A stretch of DNA of 64,000 nucleotides from Octopus bimaculoides (lineage: Eukaryota): NCBI RefSeq assembly GCF_001194135.2, contig NC_068990.1, forward strand, positions 37,823,725 through 37,887,724, written 5' to 3'. Within the stretch, counting starts at the first letter, position 1. Every line of letters starts with the position of its first letter. The notes beneath the pieces are model-generated. The model searched no databases. It was given only the letters and a program-made list of their open reading frames with translations, and was not told the origin of the DNA. Of this stretch, positions 39,771 through 51,348 are shown piece by piece. The translations under genes and the position numbers were made by a program.

Positions 39771-40267
39771 ATACCAAGCCAATATGGAATCTATCACACA
39801 CAGTAGGCATCACAGACCCATGCAGTGCTGTCTTCAGACATGGGTATAACTGGCAGTTGCCAAAGAAGTTCTCAAATTCTATGCTGATTTATGTATACCC
39901 TACTTGTGTATGTAGAAGTGAAGGCACTTTGCTTACGAGAGGGTTTATAATATTGTTTAAGCAACCTAGCATCTGAATCATCTTCAAGTTTCATCCTACC
40001 ATTTTAAACAAAGAAGTGTATATACGACAATGTATTTTGGGGTATACAAAGAGTAAATCCAAGAAAGTAACAACTGAAATGTCTGTGATCACACATCTGT
40101 TTGATTGAGGCTTACATTTGGCTAAAAATCTAGCTATTGGGATGTCCCAATCAATTCTGTTGCCACATTAAACTTTAAAGAAATTTACTAAAATAATATG
40201 CTTACATCCTCATCCCACTCAAATACACACACTCACATGTGTGTGTGTGTGTGTGTGTGTGTGTATA

Positions 40268-40587
40268 CAGGGTGTAACAGGTAAACTGGGACAAATTCCA
40301 AATGGGTACATAATTGTTTTGATTTTGGTGGAGTCTAAATTTTAAATATTACCAGCTTGAATAATCACTTGTACTATTTGGCATTTCAGATATTTCAGAT
40401 TGAACAAACTATGAAGAATTAAACCATAGAGGTGTGATTGCTGAATTATTCCAAGCTAGCAAAAATGCTGGGGAGATTGTTAGAGCCACAAAGTATACCA
40501 AATCTACTGTTTTTACAGTTGTAGCCAATTTGGAGAAAAGTCAGGATGTTCAGAGAAAGCTTCACGGTCCTCGTACTGATCGGAAAT
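40268..40587 (+). mobile_element. 5' end of a Tc1/maT-like transposon
   Basis: TA plus TIR cagggtgtaacaggtaaactgggaca. It reads ELNHRGVIAELFQASKNAGEIVRATKYTKSTVFTVVANLEKSQDVQRKLHGPRTDRK (paired-like HTH) and is truncated by a microsatellite. Confidence 0.75.
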
Positions 40588-42129
40588 GTATATCTATGTA
40601 TGTATGTATGTATGTATGTATGTATGTATATATATATATAGATATATACGTGTGTGTGCGTGTGTGTGTATAGAAACATATGTGTATATACACACACATA
40701 TATATCAAGTGAAATATCTAAACTGCTTACTCTAAAATCAAATTAAATTTTATGTATCATACTCTCCTTCATAGTAAACTGTTAATGAGATCTTTTTCTA
40801 AGTTTGTGGCAATTTTTCTCAGTAAGCAATCACAACCCATCTCACATATATACATACACATACATGCATAAACCCACACACTCACAAACATGCACATACA
40901 CAAACACACACACGAACACACACATGTACACGCATATACATGCAGAGAGAGAGAGAGAGAGAAACTAGTACACAAATACCAAATATTTGAAATGTAGAAA
41001 CTCTCAATATAGAATTTAATCAACTTCCAGAAAATAATATATGAAATGAGTCAGTAGAAGAAGAATTTTCTTTTTCTTATATATGCAATAATAATAATAA
41101 AAATAATAATAATTGTAAGAACAATAATATTGTAAAGGAGATGTGTGTTAACCATTAATCATTTTTCTTTTTTTATAAAATATAAACAATGTAAATGGTA
41201 TTGAAAATAAATATGATTTATAGTTTAAAGTCAGCACAAGGATATTTTTGTAGAATTTATTTATAAGATCTTAAATGTCGGTAGCCACAGTGACTCTTTA
41301 TGAAGACTCTCTAGATTTTAAGCAGACAAGAAGTGGTCAGTCTTGGCAATAGTAGACTTGGTAAATGTAATAACAGAAGTATATTTTTTGGAGCCATGGA
41401 ATGAAGAAAATATATATTTTTTTACAGAATTTCAAGCTGAGCCCATCAGAAGAGATAAACAATCTTTTCCTATTATACATTTTGTTCCTTTTTAAATATT
41501 ATTTTTAATTTCATTCTGATTCCTAAATAAATAATCTAAAAGCTATTCTTGTTTTTTTTTTTTGTTTATTGCTTTTTTAACATTTTTCTCGACTTAATTA
41601 TATTCTTCCACTTCTTTCTCCTTTTCCTCCTGTTCATCATTGATATCAATGCCACCACCACCACCACTACCACTTCTGTCACCACTTGCCACCACCACTG
41701 TCATTGTTATCCTTGCCATTGTCATCGTTATCATCATCAGCAGCAGCGTCGTCGTCACCAATGTTCTCATTGTTTTAACATTTATCTTTCTATACCATCA
41801 AATGTTAACAAGGTCTGTTTTATGTCATAACTTTGTATGTACCAATCTTTCATCATCCAATTTGTTTTAGACCCAGCATGTCTTGGTATCCCACATCACA
41901 TCTACTACATCTTCTGTTTTCTTTCTAACGACAGATCGTATTTGTTATTTTTTAGAAGTCCTTTTGACCAACTTTCTTTCTTTCTTTCTTTCTTTCTTTA
42001 TATATCTATCTACTTGTTTAAAAATTATTTTGATCAGAAAGACTCTTGTTAAACACATGTATAATTTTCTGAATGAACTGTTTCTTTTCAAACTCTATTC
42101 CTCACATCATGTCAGTGCCTGGCCACCAG

Positions 42130-42960
42130 AAGTTTTAGAGAGAACCAAACTCCAAAGACATAGATAGTACACTTGCTTTAGTGAGAAATGCTTGCATTAA
42201 TGTGCCAAGAAATAAGTCTACTGACAAGTCTTGGTTAATTTCTGCTCCTAGTACCATCTCATATTTTCCCAGACTGATGCTCATCACTTCAATTTCCAAG
42301 GTGTCAAACCTCTTATGGGTGATATCAACTGGGTATATAGTTACCGACCTTCTGTATCCATTCTTCTCCATGTTTTACAATAAAGATTCAATTTCTGCTA
42401 TTATTACCAATACATATATATTCCAGATAGATGCAAATCATCTCAGTTTCTAAAATATCAGACTTCATAATGGTAATGTCGCCAATGGATGCAAACACCA
42501 GCTTTATGTGTTGGAAATTTTCAAAATTCAACAGTGTAGACACAGGTGTTAATGGTACAAAAAGGGTGAGAGAGGACACCAGGACACTCCCGACAGACCG
42601 GGTGCTAGTTTGTCATTACCTTGATCACTGAACATATTCTGATTCTTTATGCCTCTGGTCTCCCCTCCCAAGACAAGTTCTAAATGGATTTTGCCTGTGA
42701 CAGCTATCAGCTACTAAGAGTCATCACTGATAAAATTTGTAAGTGATCTAAGTTATCAGAAGCTCAACTAAAAGCATTACATAATCCTGTCTAATGTGAA
42801 TATCCTGAAGCAAACTCTGTCCTTGACAAACCTTCATGAAATTGAAAAAATCTTAGTGGTTCCAACAACATTACCAAAGCTAAAAACCAATCACTTAGTT
42901 TCAACATTAGCCAAAATGTTTATCTCAGAATTTAACAAAGGTGTGGGTCTAAAACTGTTC
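42130..42960 (+). mobile_element. Possible very old Gypsy-type pol (integrase region) remnant
   Basis: Fragments DSTLALVRNACIN, TGVNGTKRVR, MPLVSPP...MDFA...YQLLRVITDK and SFNISQNVYLRI occur in an order compatible with connection, H2C2, rve and C-terminal domains. The similarity is weak and judged by eye only. Confidence 0.25.
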
Positions 42961-43329
42961 ACTATGATTTCCTGCTTCCTACTTGTGTATTTCCTTTCTT
43001 GGTAGAGCAATCACACACCAGTTCAGATAAATATAAATATTCTTAACCTGCTAGCAGTTAGCTAAAATAAAGGCAAATTGCTATGTTCACATAGTGTTTA
43101 TTGGTTAGATTATATATTTCTGGAGTTTTGATCCTTTCTATGGTTACTTAGTACTTCCTTAATTTTATGGTGGTGTAAACCTGCTTAACTTCTTCTGTAT
43201 CATAACAGCCAATTGAAATCAACTTTAAAAGCTCACCAACTGCAGTTCATTCTCTCACAACATAGTTTAGCAATGTGCGTGCACATCTACTTGGGTTCAG
43301 ACACCAGGCATCCATTCTGCTTTGGCCAA

Positions 43330-43970
43330 TCTGCATGATTGACATTCGTGCCAGTGGAACATTAAAAGCACATCCGAACGTGGTGTGTAACCAGCCCACA
43401 TATGAGTGCCCCTCGTTCATTGGACAATGACCTTTGCTTGCGAAGACCTATTGAGGCAGTGTAAACAAATCAAAATCACTGACGTGGCCAATGGCAGTGC
43501 CGCTTGATTGGCACTCATGCCAGAGGAACGTCAAAAGCATATCTGAGCTTGATCGTTGCCAGGGCCATGGATTGGCACTCATGTCAGTGACACATGAAAA
43601 GCACCTTTCGAGTATGATCGTTGCCAGCGTTGCCTTACCAGCATATGTGCTGGTAGCACGTGAAAAACAACATTCAAGCGTGGTCGTTGCCAGTGCTGCT
43701 GGACTGGCTCCCGTGCAGGTAGAACGTTAAAACACCTTTTGAGCATGGTCGTTGCTGGAACCACCTGATTGGCCCTCATGCCGATGGCATGTAAAAAGCA
43801 CCCACTACACTCTTGGAGTGGTTAGTGTTAGGAAGGGCATCCAGTTGTAGAAACTTTGCCAGATCAGATTGAGCCTGGTGCAACCTCTGGCTCACCAGTC
43901 CTCAGTCGAACCATCCAACCCATGCCAGCATGGAAAGCAGACGTTAAACGATGATGATGATGATGATGAT
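43330..43970 (+). mobile_element. RTE-type LINE 3' UTR and tail with an internal ~65-bp tandem array
   Basis: Shares ttcattggaca...cttgcgaagac..ttgaggca with 15360-15405. It has the conserved tail gttaggaagggcatccagttgtagaaac and (GAT)n to 43970. Confidence 0.85.
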
Positions 43971-44838
43971 GTTTCTGCTGCTGCCAATTGAGGAAGAAAA
44001 AAGCCTAACTAATACGTCTAATCATTCCATCTCAGAAAATCAACCTACTGGAGTGATCACTATGCTCGTGTCTATTTACTGGTGTTGACTGACAATAGTT
44101 TGAATGGAACATTAATGCATGAAGCTCTCTGGTTTTGGAGTGCTCACAAAAGTCAAGGGCAATGCACCTTTCTTCAGATGCTACAAATAAAAAAGTAGCA
44201 TCTTGGTCACAGACAATGACCCTTGTACATATGTAAAAAAAGAATACAAACCCTAGATATTTGGGTGCCAAGTAACTTAAGAAAACAAATCAAGATTTTA
44301 AAAGATTTAAAAAACATACATGTATCAGGCTATAAAAGTAGTTAACACATTTTCCCCTCTCCAGAGGGAGTCCAAGAGAGTCTCTCTAGAGAGAGTTCAA
44401 ATTACTCCTGCTGTTTGCCTGTACTTCGTCCATCAATCAAAGGACGAATTATCTGAAATATGATTTTTGTTTTTCTTCTCAGCATAAAACATGTTTCAGC
44501 TTATTTGGTCCTTAAAATACCTAAGAACTACCATGATGTTACAAAGCAAAATGCTTGATTCCATAAATACTGGATTTTTTATATTTTAGAAAGGGAAAGA
44601 CTTTTGCTGTAAACAATGTCCAAATAAATAGCCCCCATTTCAAAATCTGTTAATGTATTTTAGGAGACAGCATAATTACTGATAGTTTATTTCTTCATAA
44701 GAGAAATAAAATCAATAATTTATTTTATTTCATTTTGTCCTCAAAATTAAAAAAGATTGAAGAAGAAAGATATATAGCTTTTATTTGTATGAAAACAACT
44801 TTTTCATGATTTATTGAAATAATTACTTATACATATAT

Positions 44839-44883
<45 letters not shown>

Positions 44884-44956
44884 TACATACTTGCATAAAT
44901 ACACATGCATACATATTTTATATATATATTTTGTCATATATAGTTTATATTTCTAC

Positions 44957-45080
<124 letters not shown>

Positions 45081-45348
45081 CAGGCACACTCACACACAAG
45101 AGAAAACATCATACTATTGTATACATAATTTAAAAACACCCATCAACTGACACCTGTCTGATGTCATTAAAATTTTCATGTTACAAAAATTTCTTTTTAA
45201 TGTGTTTTATTTTAAACCATTTATATAGAAGAAAAATTGAAATTGTTACATTTATACATTTATACACACACATACACACATACATGTACACACACTTGCA
45301 TCTTACATTGACATACATCTACATATGTATGTATAAAGTATGTGTATG

Positions 45349-45400
<52 letters not shown>

Positions 45401-45755
45401 TAAAATACATAAAAAATAAAATATATTTTATATATATGTATATACATACACACACAAAATATAAAAAAGAAACATGATTGTGTATTTAATACAAAGTATA
45501 CCAAACCTAGACACCAATGGTCAACAACAACAAACACAGCACAAACAAATAATAAAAACAAAATAAAATAAAATACAAAGCAACAACTACAAAACATTAG
45601 ACACAGCAAATCATTTTAATCATTGTAAATATATTATTTTCAAATGTCTATAACTTCAATGATTGCAATACTATTTTTCTTCAGAATCTTCATTATAAAT
45701 TTCTTTGTATTGTTAAATGGAAATATTTCCTGAGAGTAATTATTACTATTATTAC

Positions 45756-45786
<31 letters not shown>

Positions 45787-47244
45787 TTATTAATAATTGT
45801 TTTTATGCTTTATATTTTGTTTTCTATTTATTCACTTTATTGATTTTTACGTTTTCAATTATGTTTGATGGAATTACGAATAAGTCGTAATGGACTTCCT
45901 AATTTACTTTGTAAACCTTTTGTTACTCCTTCTTCTTTCTCTCCTCTTACTTCTTCTCCATCTTTTCTTTTCTTTTCCTCTATATGTCTCTCTTTTGCTC
46001 TATCTTTTTATGTGTCTGTCTATGTGTGTCTATATGCCTCTCCCTTTTTATACATNNNNNNNNNNNNNNNNNNNNNNNNNNNNNNNNNNNNNNNNNNNNN
46101 NNNNNNNNNNNNNNNNNNNNNNNNNNNNNNNNNNNNNNNNNNNNNNNNNNNNNNNNNNNNNNNNNNNNNNNNNNNNNNNNNNNNNNNNNNNNNNNNNNNN
46201 NNNNNNNNNNNNNNNNNNNNNNNNNNNNNNNNNNNNNNNNNNNNNNNNNNNNNNNNNNNNNNNNNNNNNNNNNNNNNNNNNNNNNNNNNNNNNNNNNNNN
46301 NNNNNNNNNNNNNNNNNNNNNNNNNNNNNNNNNNNNNNNNNNNNNNNNNNNNNNNNNNNNNNNNNNNNNNNNNNNNNNNNNNNNNTATATATATATTAAT
46401 ATATATATATATATATACACACACACATATATATATGTGTGTGTATATATCTTTGCTTTGTTTCCCTTCTTCATTTCCCCTCTCTTTCTTTCTCTTTATA
46501 AATCGATCATTCTGTTCTTCTCTCTTTCTCTCTCTTGTTCTCTATCTCTTTCTTTGCCTTTCTATCTATCTCTCAATCTACTTTCTATATCCCCTTCTAT
46601 CTATTTCTCTATCTTGCCTATTACATCTTTCTACCTATTATATTTAGCCTATCTTCAGCCACAACACCATTTACCTGTTTCCAGAAGCATTTAAGAAACT
46701 CTCTATGTGGTCATTTAACTGGCTAGAAATAACAAGCACAAATCCTTCAAATCATATCTGTCTTATACATGAGCGGACACATTATACTGTGGTCCAACAC
46801 ATTCCTGAAAAAATGGAATCTTCATGTTTGGATAACCATTAATCATTAATCAGTTCAGTCAGGGCTGACTCAGAACTAAATAACAACACATAGCAACAAA
46901 GGAGTGACTGAGTAATTTCTTAACCTGCAAGAAATGGCAACCAAATCTTCCTGAAATCTCACCCTACTCTCTTTAAAGTGAAAAAAAAAAAGAACAACTT
47001 GGACAATGTTGTTGAAGAGGCATTGTGTCTAAAATTAGAAATGAGGTAGTCATGACTGGATTGCCTATAATCAAATGTCTAAGGGATCAGGGTAGGCTTG
47101 GAGGCTTAAAAAACAACAGCAAAACTTACAACACCACAACCATAATTAACACTATTAGCAAGAGCCAAGAAAGGATTCTTTACATGATTGCACACTACTG
47201 GTTAAAATAGTAATAAAATCTTGTTTAAATCATGTCATACTATA

Positions 47245-47645
47245 AGTGCAGGAGTGGCTGTGTGGTAAGTAGCTTGCTTACCAACCACATGGTTCCGGGT
47301 TCAGTCCCACTGCATGGCATCTTGGGCAAGTGTCTTCTACTATAGCCTCGGGCTGACCAAATACTTGTGAGTGGATTTGATAGACAGAAACTGAAGGAAG
47401 CCTGTTGTATATATGTATATATATGTGTGTGTGTGTGGGGGGTCTGTGTTTGTCCCCCCAACATCGCTTGACAACCGATGCTGGTGTGTTTACGTCCCCG
47501 TAACTTAGCGGTTTGGCAAAAAGGGACCGATAGAATAAGTACTAGGCTTACAAAGAATAAGTCCTGGGGTCGATTTGCTCGACTAAAAGGCACTGCTCCA
47601 GCATGGCTGCAGACAAATGACTGAAACAAGCAAAAGAGTAAAAAA
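47245..47645 (+). mobile_element. SINE family A, full length
   Basis: Same as 19259, with a short internal microsatellite. Confidence 0.92.
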
Positions 47646-48100
47646 AATGAAGGACACTTTGGACAGCACAGTTATATATACACAAACAATGGTTTAGTCA
47701 CAGTTTCAATATCTTTGATTTTAGATTTATTCAGTCATGTTTTAACTTGAGCTAAACAGCAACTCCAGCAATGCGAAGAAACATAATAAAATGTGGTGCA
47801 TTTTATAGCTCGCATCAACCTGCTAGAAAGTGTAGTTAAATCCCTCTGAAAATACACTTTATTGCATGACATTAGCTAAGATGATCTATGTTTGAGTAAC
47901 TAATGACACTATTCGTAAGTTCTTAACCATACGCCTAATTGATATGAGATTACCTGGGACTAAACAATAATAGCAATATCTACCATCATCATCATCGTCA
48001 CTGTCGTCGTCATCATCATCGTCGTTGTCATCATCATCATCACTATCATATTTGCCTTCATCATCATCATCATCTTCATCAGAATCACCATCATTGTCAA

Positions 48101-48150
<50 letters not shown>

Positions 48151-48519
48151 ACTTCACTACCACCTCACCATCACCACTCTGTCCTTACACTCCATCAGAC
48201 TCCGCTAGCACTATCACCACCAACAACAGCAACAACATCACTGCCGCTGCTGTTGCTATGGCTACCACCACTACTCTCAAAACCTATACCACCATCTCTA
48301 AAGAAGCAATATTTTGGGATGAAATCAGGCTCTTCGTTCTGTCTTTTATCTGTAGCTTATACAGTTTCATTGATCTTTATATGTCAAGAAACATACAGAA
48401 AAATCTTCTATACCATTTTGTGTGTGTCTGTAAGCAATATGTATGTGAGTGTGTAGAAGTGTATAAGCATGCATGTATGTTTGTGCAGATGTACATGTTT
48501 GTGTGTGGATGTATTTGTC

Positions 48520-48665
48520 TTAGTAGTTAGGATGTTACACTCATGATTGTAGGATTGTGGTTTCAATTCCTGGACTGGGTAATGCATTGTGTTCTTGAAT
48601 AAAACACTTCATGTTGCTCCAGTCCACTTAGCTGGCAAAATTGAGTAATGCTGTGATGGATCAGA
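48520..48665 (+). mobile_element. SINE family D/E 5' fragment
   Basis: ggtttcaattcctggactggg...ttgtgttcttgaataaaacactt...gttgctccagtccacttagctggcaaaa. Confidence 0.65.
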
Positions 48666-48782
48666 GTCCCATACACAAAGTATTATGAGTGTCACAGGAT
48701 CTGAGAAACTAGCCTTATGAGCCAATAATCGAGGAAGGAATTTTAGTTATTTTTTTTTTATGCATTTGTGTAAATGTGTGTA

Positions 48783-48976
48783 CCAGGTATGACTGTGCAG
48801 TAAGAAGCTTGCTTCCCAACCACATTGTTCTGGATTCAGTCCAACTGTATGACACCATGGGGAAGTGTTTTCTACTATAGCATCAAGCTGACCAAAGCCT
48901 TGTGAGTAGATTTCATTGACAGAAGCTGAAAGAAGCCTATCTCTCTCTGACATACACACACATATGTATATGTGTG

Positions 48977-49028
<52 letters not shown>

Positions 49029-49440
49029 CTTGCCATGTTGGACCAGCACATGTTTTCCATTCTCTCTCTATATATTTCCTCTTATTCCTTTCTATTGAAG
49101 AGCATAGACTCAAAACATAAAAAAACTTTTCCATTTTTCCAGAGCGTCAAACTAATACACTTGCTTGTTGTTCCTACACCAGTCTTTGTTTTTCTATAAA
49201 TTTGAACTGTATATATGTATATATCTGTGTGTCTTTGTATCTGTGTTTGTCCCCATCACTGTTTGACAACTAGTGTCGGTGTGTTTACATCCCCATAACT
49301 TAGCAGTTTGGCAAAGAAATCAATAGAATAAGTACCAGGCTTTAAAAAAGTACTGGGGTCGATGCATTTGACTAAAATTGTTCAAGGTGATCCCCTAGCA
49401 TGGCTACAGTCTAATGACTGAAACAAGTAAAGGATAAAAG
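48783..49440 (+). mobile_element. Old SINE family A copy with a ~180-bp foreign insert (~49030-49210) in its microsatellite
   Basis: The 5' half spans 48783-48938 and the 3' half 49225-49440, with unrelated sequence between them. Confidence 0.78.
49087..49124 (+). ncRNA. Degenerate hammerhead-like motif
   Basis: UUU-CUAUUGA-A-GAGC-AUAG-ACUC-AAAAC-AUA-AAA has HHR spacing. Several deviations are G-to-A, some at sites consistent with CpG decay, but the core is not intact. Confidence 0.3.
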
Positions 49441-49831
49441 ATCCAGTTTCCATGGATTCTTATAACTTATGCCAGATCACAAAGCAATGAATTGACAACA
49501 GCATTGAAACACTGAATAGAACACCTTGTGGTATTTGTTAATGTCCCCAGGACTCTGAGTTCAAATCCCGCCAAATTCAACTTCAAAAATCCACCCCTTT
49601 TAATGTTGATAAATAAGGCACCAATCCAATACGATGAGCGAGTCTTTTTTCTTTCCTTCTTTCTTTCTTTCTTTCTTTCTCTCCTTTATGATCTTAGATT
49701 TGGTAACACAGTACTATGAAAGTTTCAGTGGAAACTCTCTCTTAGCACAACAGAATCAGAAAGGATAGCAAACTCTTTTGACAAAATTAAAAATCATATA
49801 AATTATTAAAAGAACTATTCACACATTAAGT

Positions 49832-50314
49832 CTGCGTTTCTCATCCAGAGTTTCCTGTAACCCTAGGGTTCCACAAAAGATTCCTAGGAGTTCCACGAGA
49901 AAGAGTGTGATAAGCTAAGCTAATGCTAATTTCATGATCATAATATTACTATACATGCACAACATATTATTGGTTATTGTAATATTGTAATACAGACATC
50001 ATCCTATCTAACCTATTATGTTAACAACAAATATAACAACCATATATCATCATCATCATCATCATTGTTTAACGTCTGCTTTCCATGCTAGCATGGGTTG
50101 GACGATTTGTCTGAGTACTGGCGAACCAGATGGCTACGCCAGGCTCCATTGTGATTTGGCAGAGTTTCTACAGCTGGATGCCCTTCCTAACGCCAGAACT
50201 ACAATGAAAATATATGAGAAAGATATAGTATATAGTTGTTTTTGTGCAGGGGTTCCTTGAGACATGTAATTTATTTTAAGGGTTACACAAGGGTAAAAGG
50301 GTTGAGAAACACTG
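49832..50314. mobile_element. hAT-type non-autonomous DNA transposon (MITE)
   Basis: TIRs ctgcgtttctcatcc and ggttgagaaacactg. 8-bp TSD cattaagt (49824-49831) and ctttaagt (50315-50322). Confidence 0.78.
50047..50195 (-). mobile_element. RTE-type 3' tail nested in the hAT MITE
   Basis: (CAT)n-tgtttaacgtctgctttccatgctagcatgggttggacg...gatgcccttcctaacgcca. Confidence 0.88.
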
Positions 50315-50681
50315 CTTTAAGTGTTAGTGATTCCAGTTGTAAATTAGAAGTTATGACATAGTATTGCATTAAATTGTTGTATGATGTAATTTCCTTCATG
50401 GGAATTAGTGAAGTCATGTAACTTAGTTGCTTTGGGTGTTGGGTTTATAATTGTGGGTTTGGTTTGCAGATGAGTGGACATGTTGTGTCTTTGGGCATGT
50501 CATTTCTTTTTACATTGTTCCAATACACTCAGCTGAAAAATGAGTAAAGGGGCACTTAGGAGTTAACTCTAACTCTACAATAGATCAGCAGCATGTTCAA
50601 GGTGTAGGTTTATATTCTCTGTCTAAAATCTTGAAACTCTGGATAAGTTCTAGTCTCATAAACCTGTAGGCATGAATGAGA

Positions 50682-50871
50682 CATCATCATTTAACGTCTG
50701 TGTTCCAAATTTCTGCAATAAGAGCAATGTCATCACCATATAGTAGTTACCATGGGCACCCAGTTTTGAATTCTTCTGTTATGGTCTGGAGGACTATAAT
50801 GAATAAGAGTAGGCTGGGAACTGAGCCCTGGTGAACCCCTACCTGAATGTTAATTTCAGGTAGGGATTCAC
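50682..50871 (-). mobile_element. Internally deleted RTE LINE: RT core fragment fused to the extreme 3' tail
   Basis: Minus strand reads QVGF..GSVPSLLLFIIVLQTITEEFKTGCPW*LLYGDDIALIAE (RT QG and YxDD motifs). It is joined directly to ttaacgtc..(CAT)n. Confidence 0.85.
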
Positions 50872-50897
50872 CTAACATCATTATTGATAATATTAGT

Positions 50898-51095
50898 TTC
50901 AAATTTTGGTACAAAGCCAGCAATTTGGGGAGAGGAGAAAGTTATTAATCCCAGTGCCCAACTGGTCCTTATTTTATTGACCCCAAAAGGATGAAAGGCA
51001 AAGCCAACCTTGACAGTATTTGAACTCAGAACTTTAAGCTAGACGAAATGCCACTATTTTGCCCATCGTGCTAATGATTCTGCCAGCTTACCGCT
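50898..51095 (-). mobile_element. SINE family B
   Basis: ctggtccttattttattgaccccaaaaggatgaaaggcaaagcc...tttgaactcagaac...gctaatgattctgccagcttaccgc. Confidence 0.82.
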
Positions 51096-51121
51096 CTATC
51101 ATTATTGATGACATTACTATA

Positions 51122-51348
51122 GCAGTAGCTGGTAGAAACTGGAAGAATCCTTTGCACTATGTGCAAAATGCTTAGCAACATTTCTTTTTGCTCTTTACAT
51201 TTTGGGTTCAAATTCTGCTGAAACTGAATTAGTCTTTTATTTCTTGGGAGATGGGGCAGCAAAATAAGTACCAGTTGAGTTCCGGGGTTCATATAACTGT
51301 CTATTCCCTATCTCTAAAATTGCTGGCCTTGTGTAAAAATCTGAAACC
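51122..51348 (+). mobile_element. SINE family B, old copy, head-to-head with 50898-51095
   Basis: agctggtagaaac...gcaaaatgcttagc...gggttcaaattctgctga...aaaataagtaccagttgag...aaaattgctggccttgtg. Confidence 0.7.

Noticed and set aside
43490-43805. Regularly spaced ~65-bp repeats as a CRISPR array
   Set aside because: The units are homologous along their whole length with no unique spacers, they lie in an RTE 3' UTR, the context is eukaryotic, and there are no cas genes.
44148-44180. Minus-strand 33-nt micro-exon HLKKGALPLTF resembling the THAP AVPTIF motif
   Set aside because: It is too short to be significant, and no upstream C2CH residues or partner exons were found.
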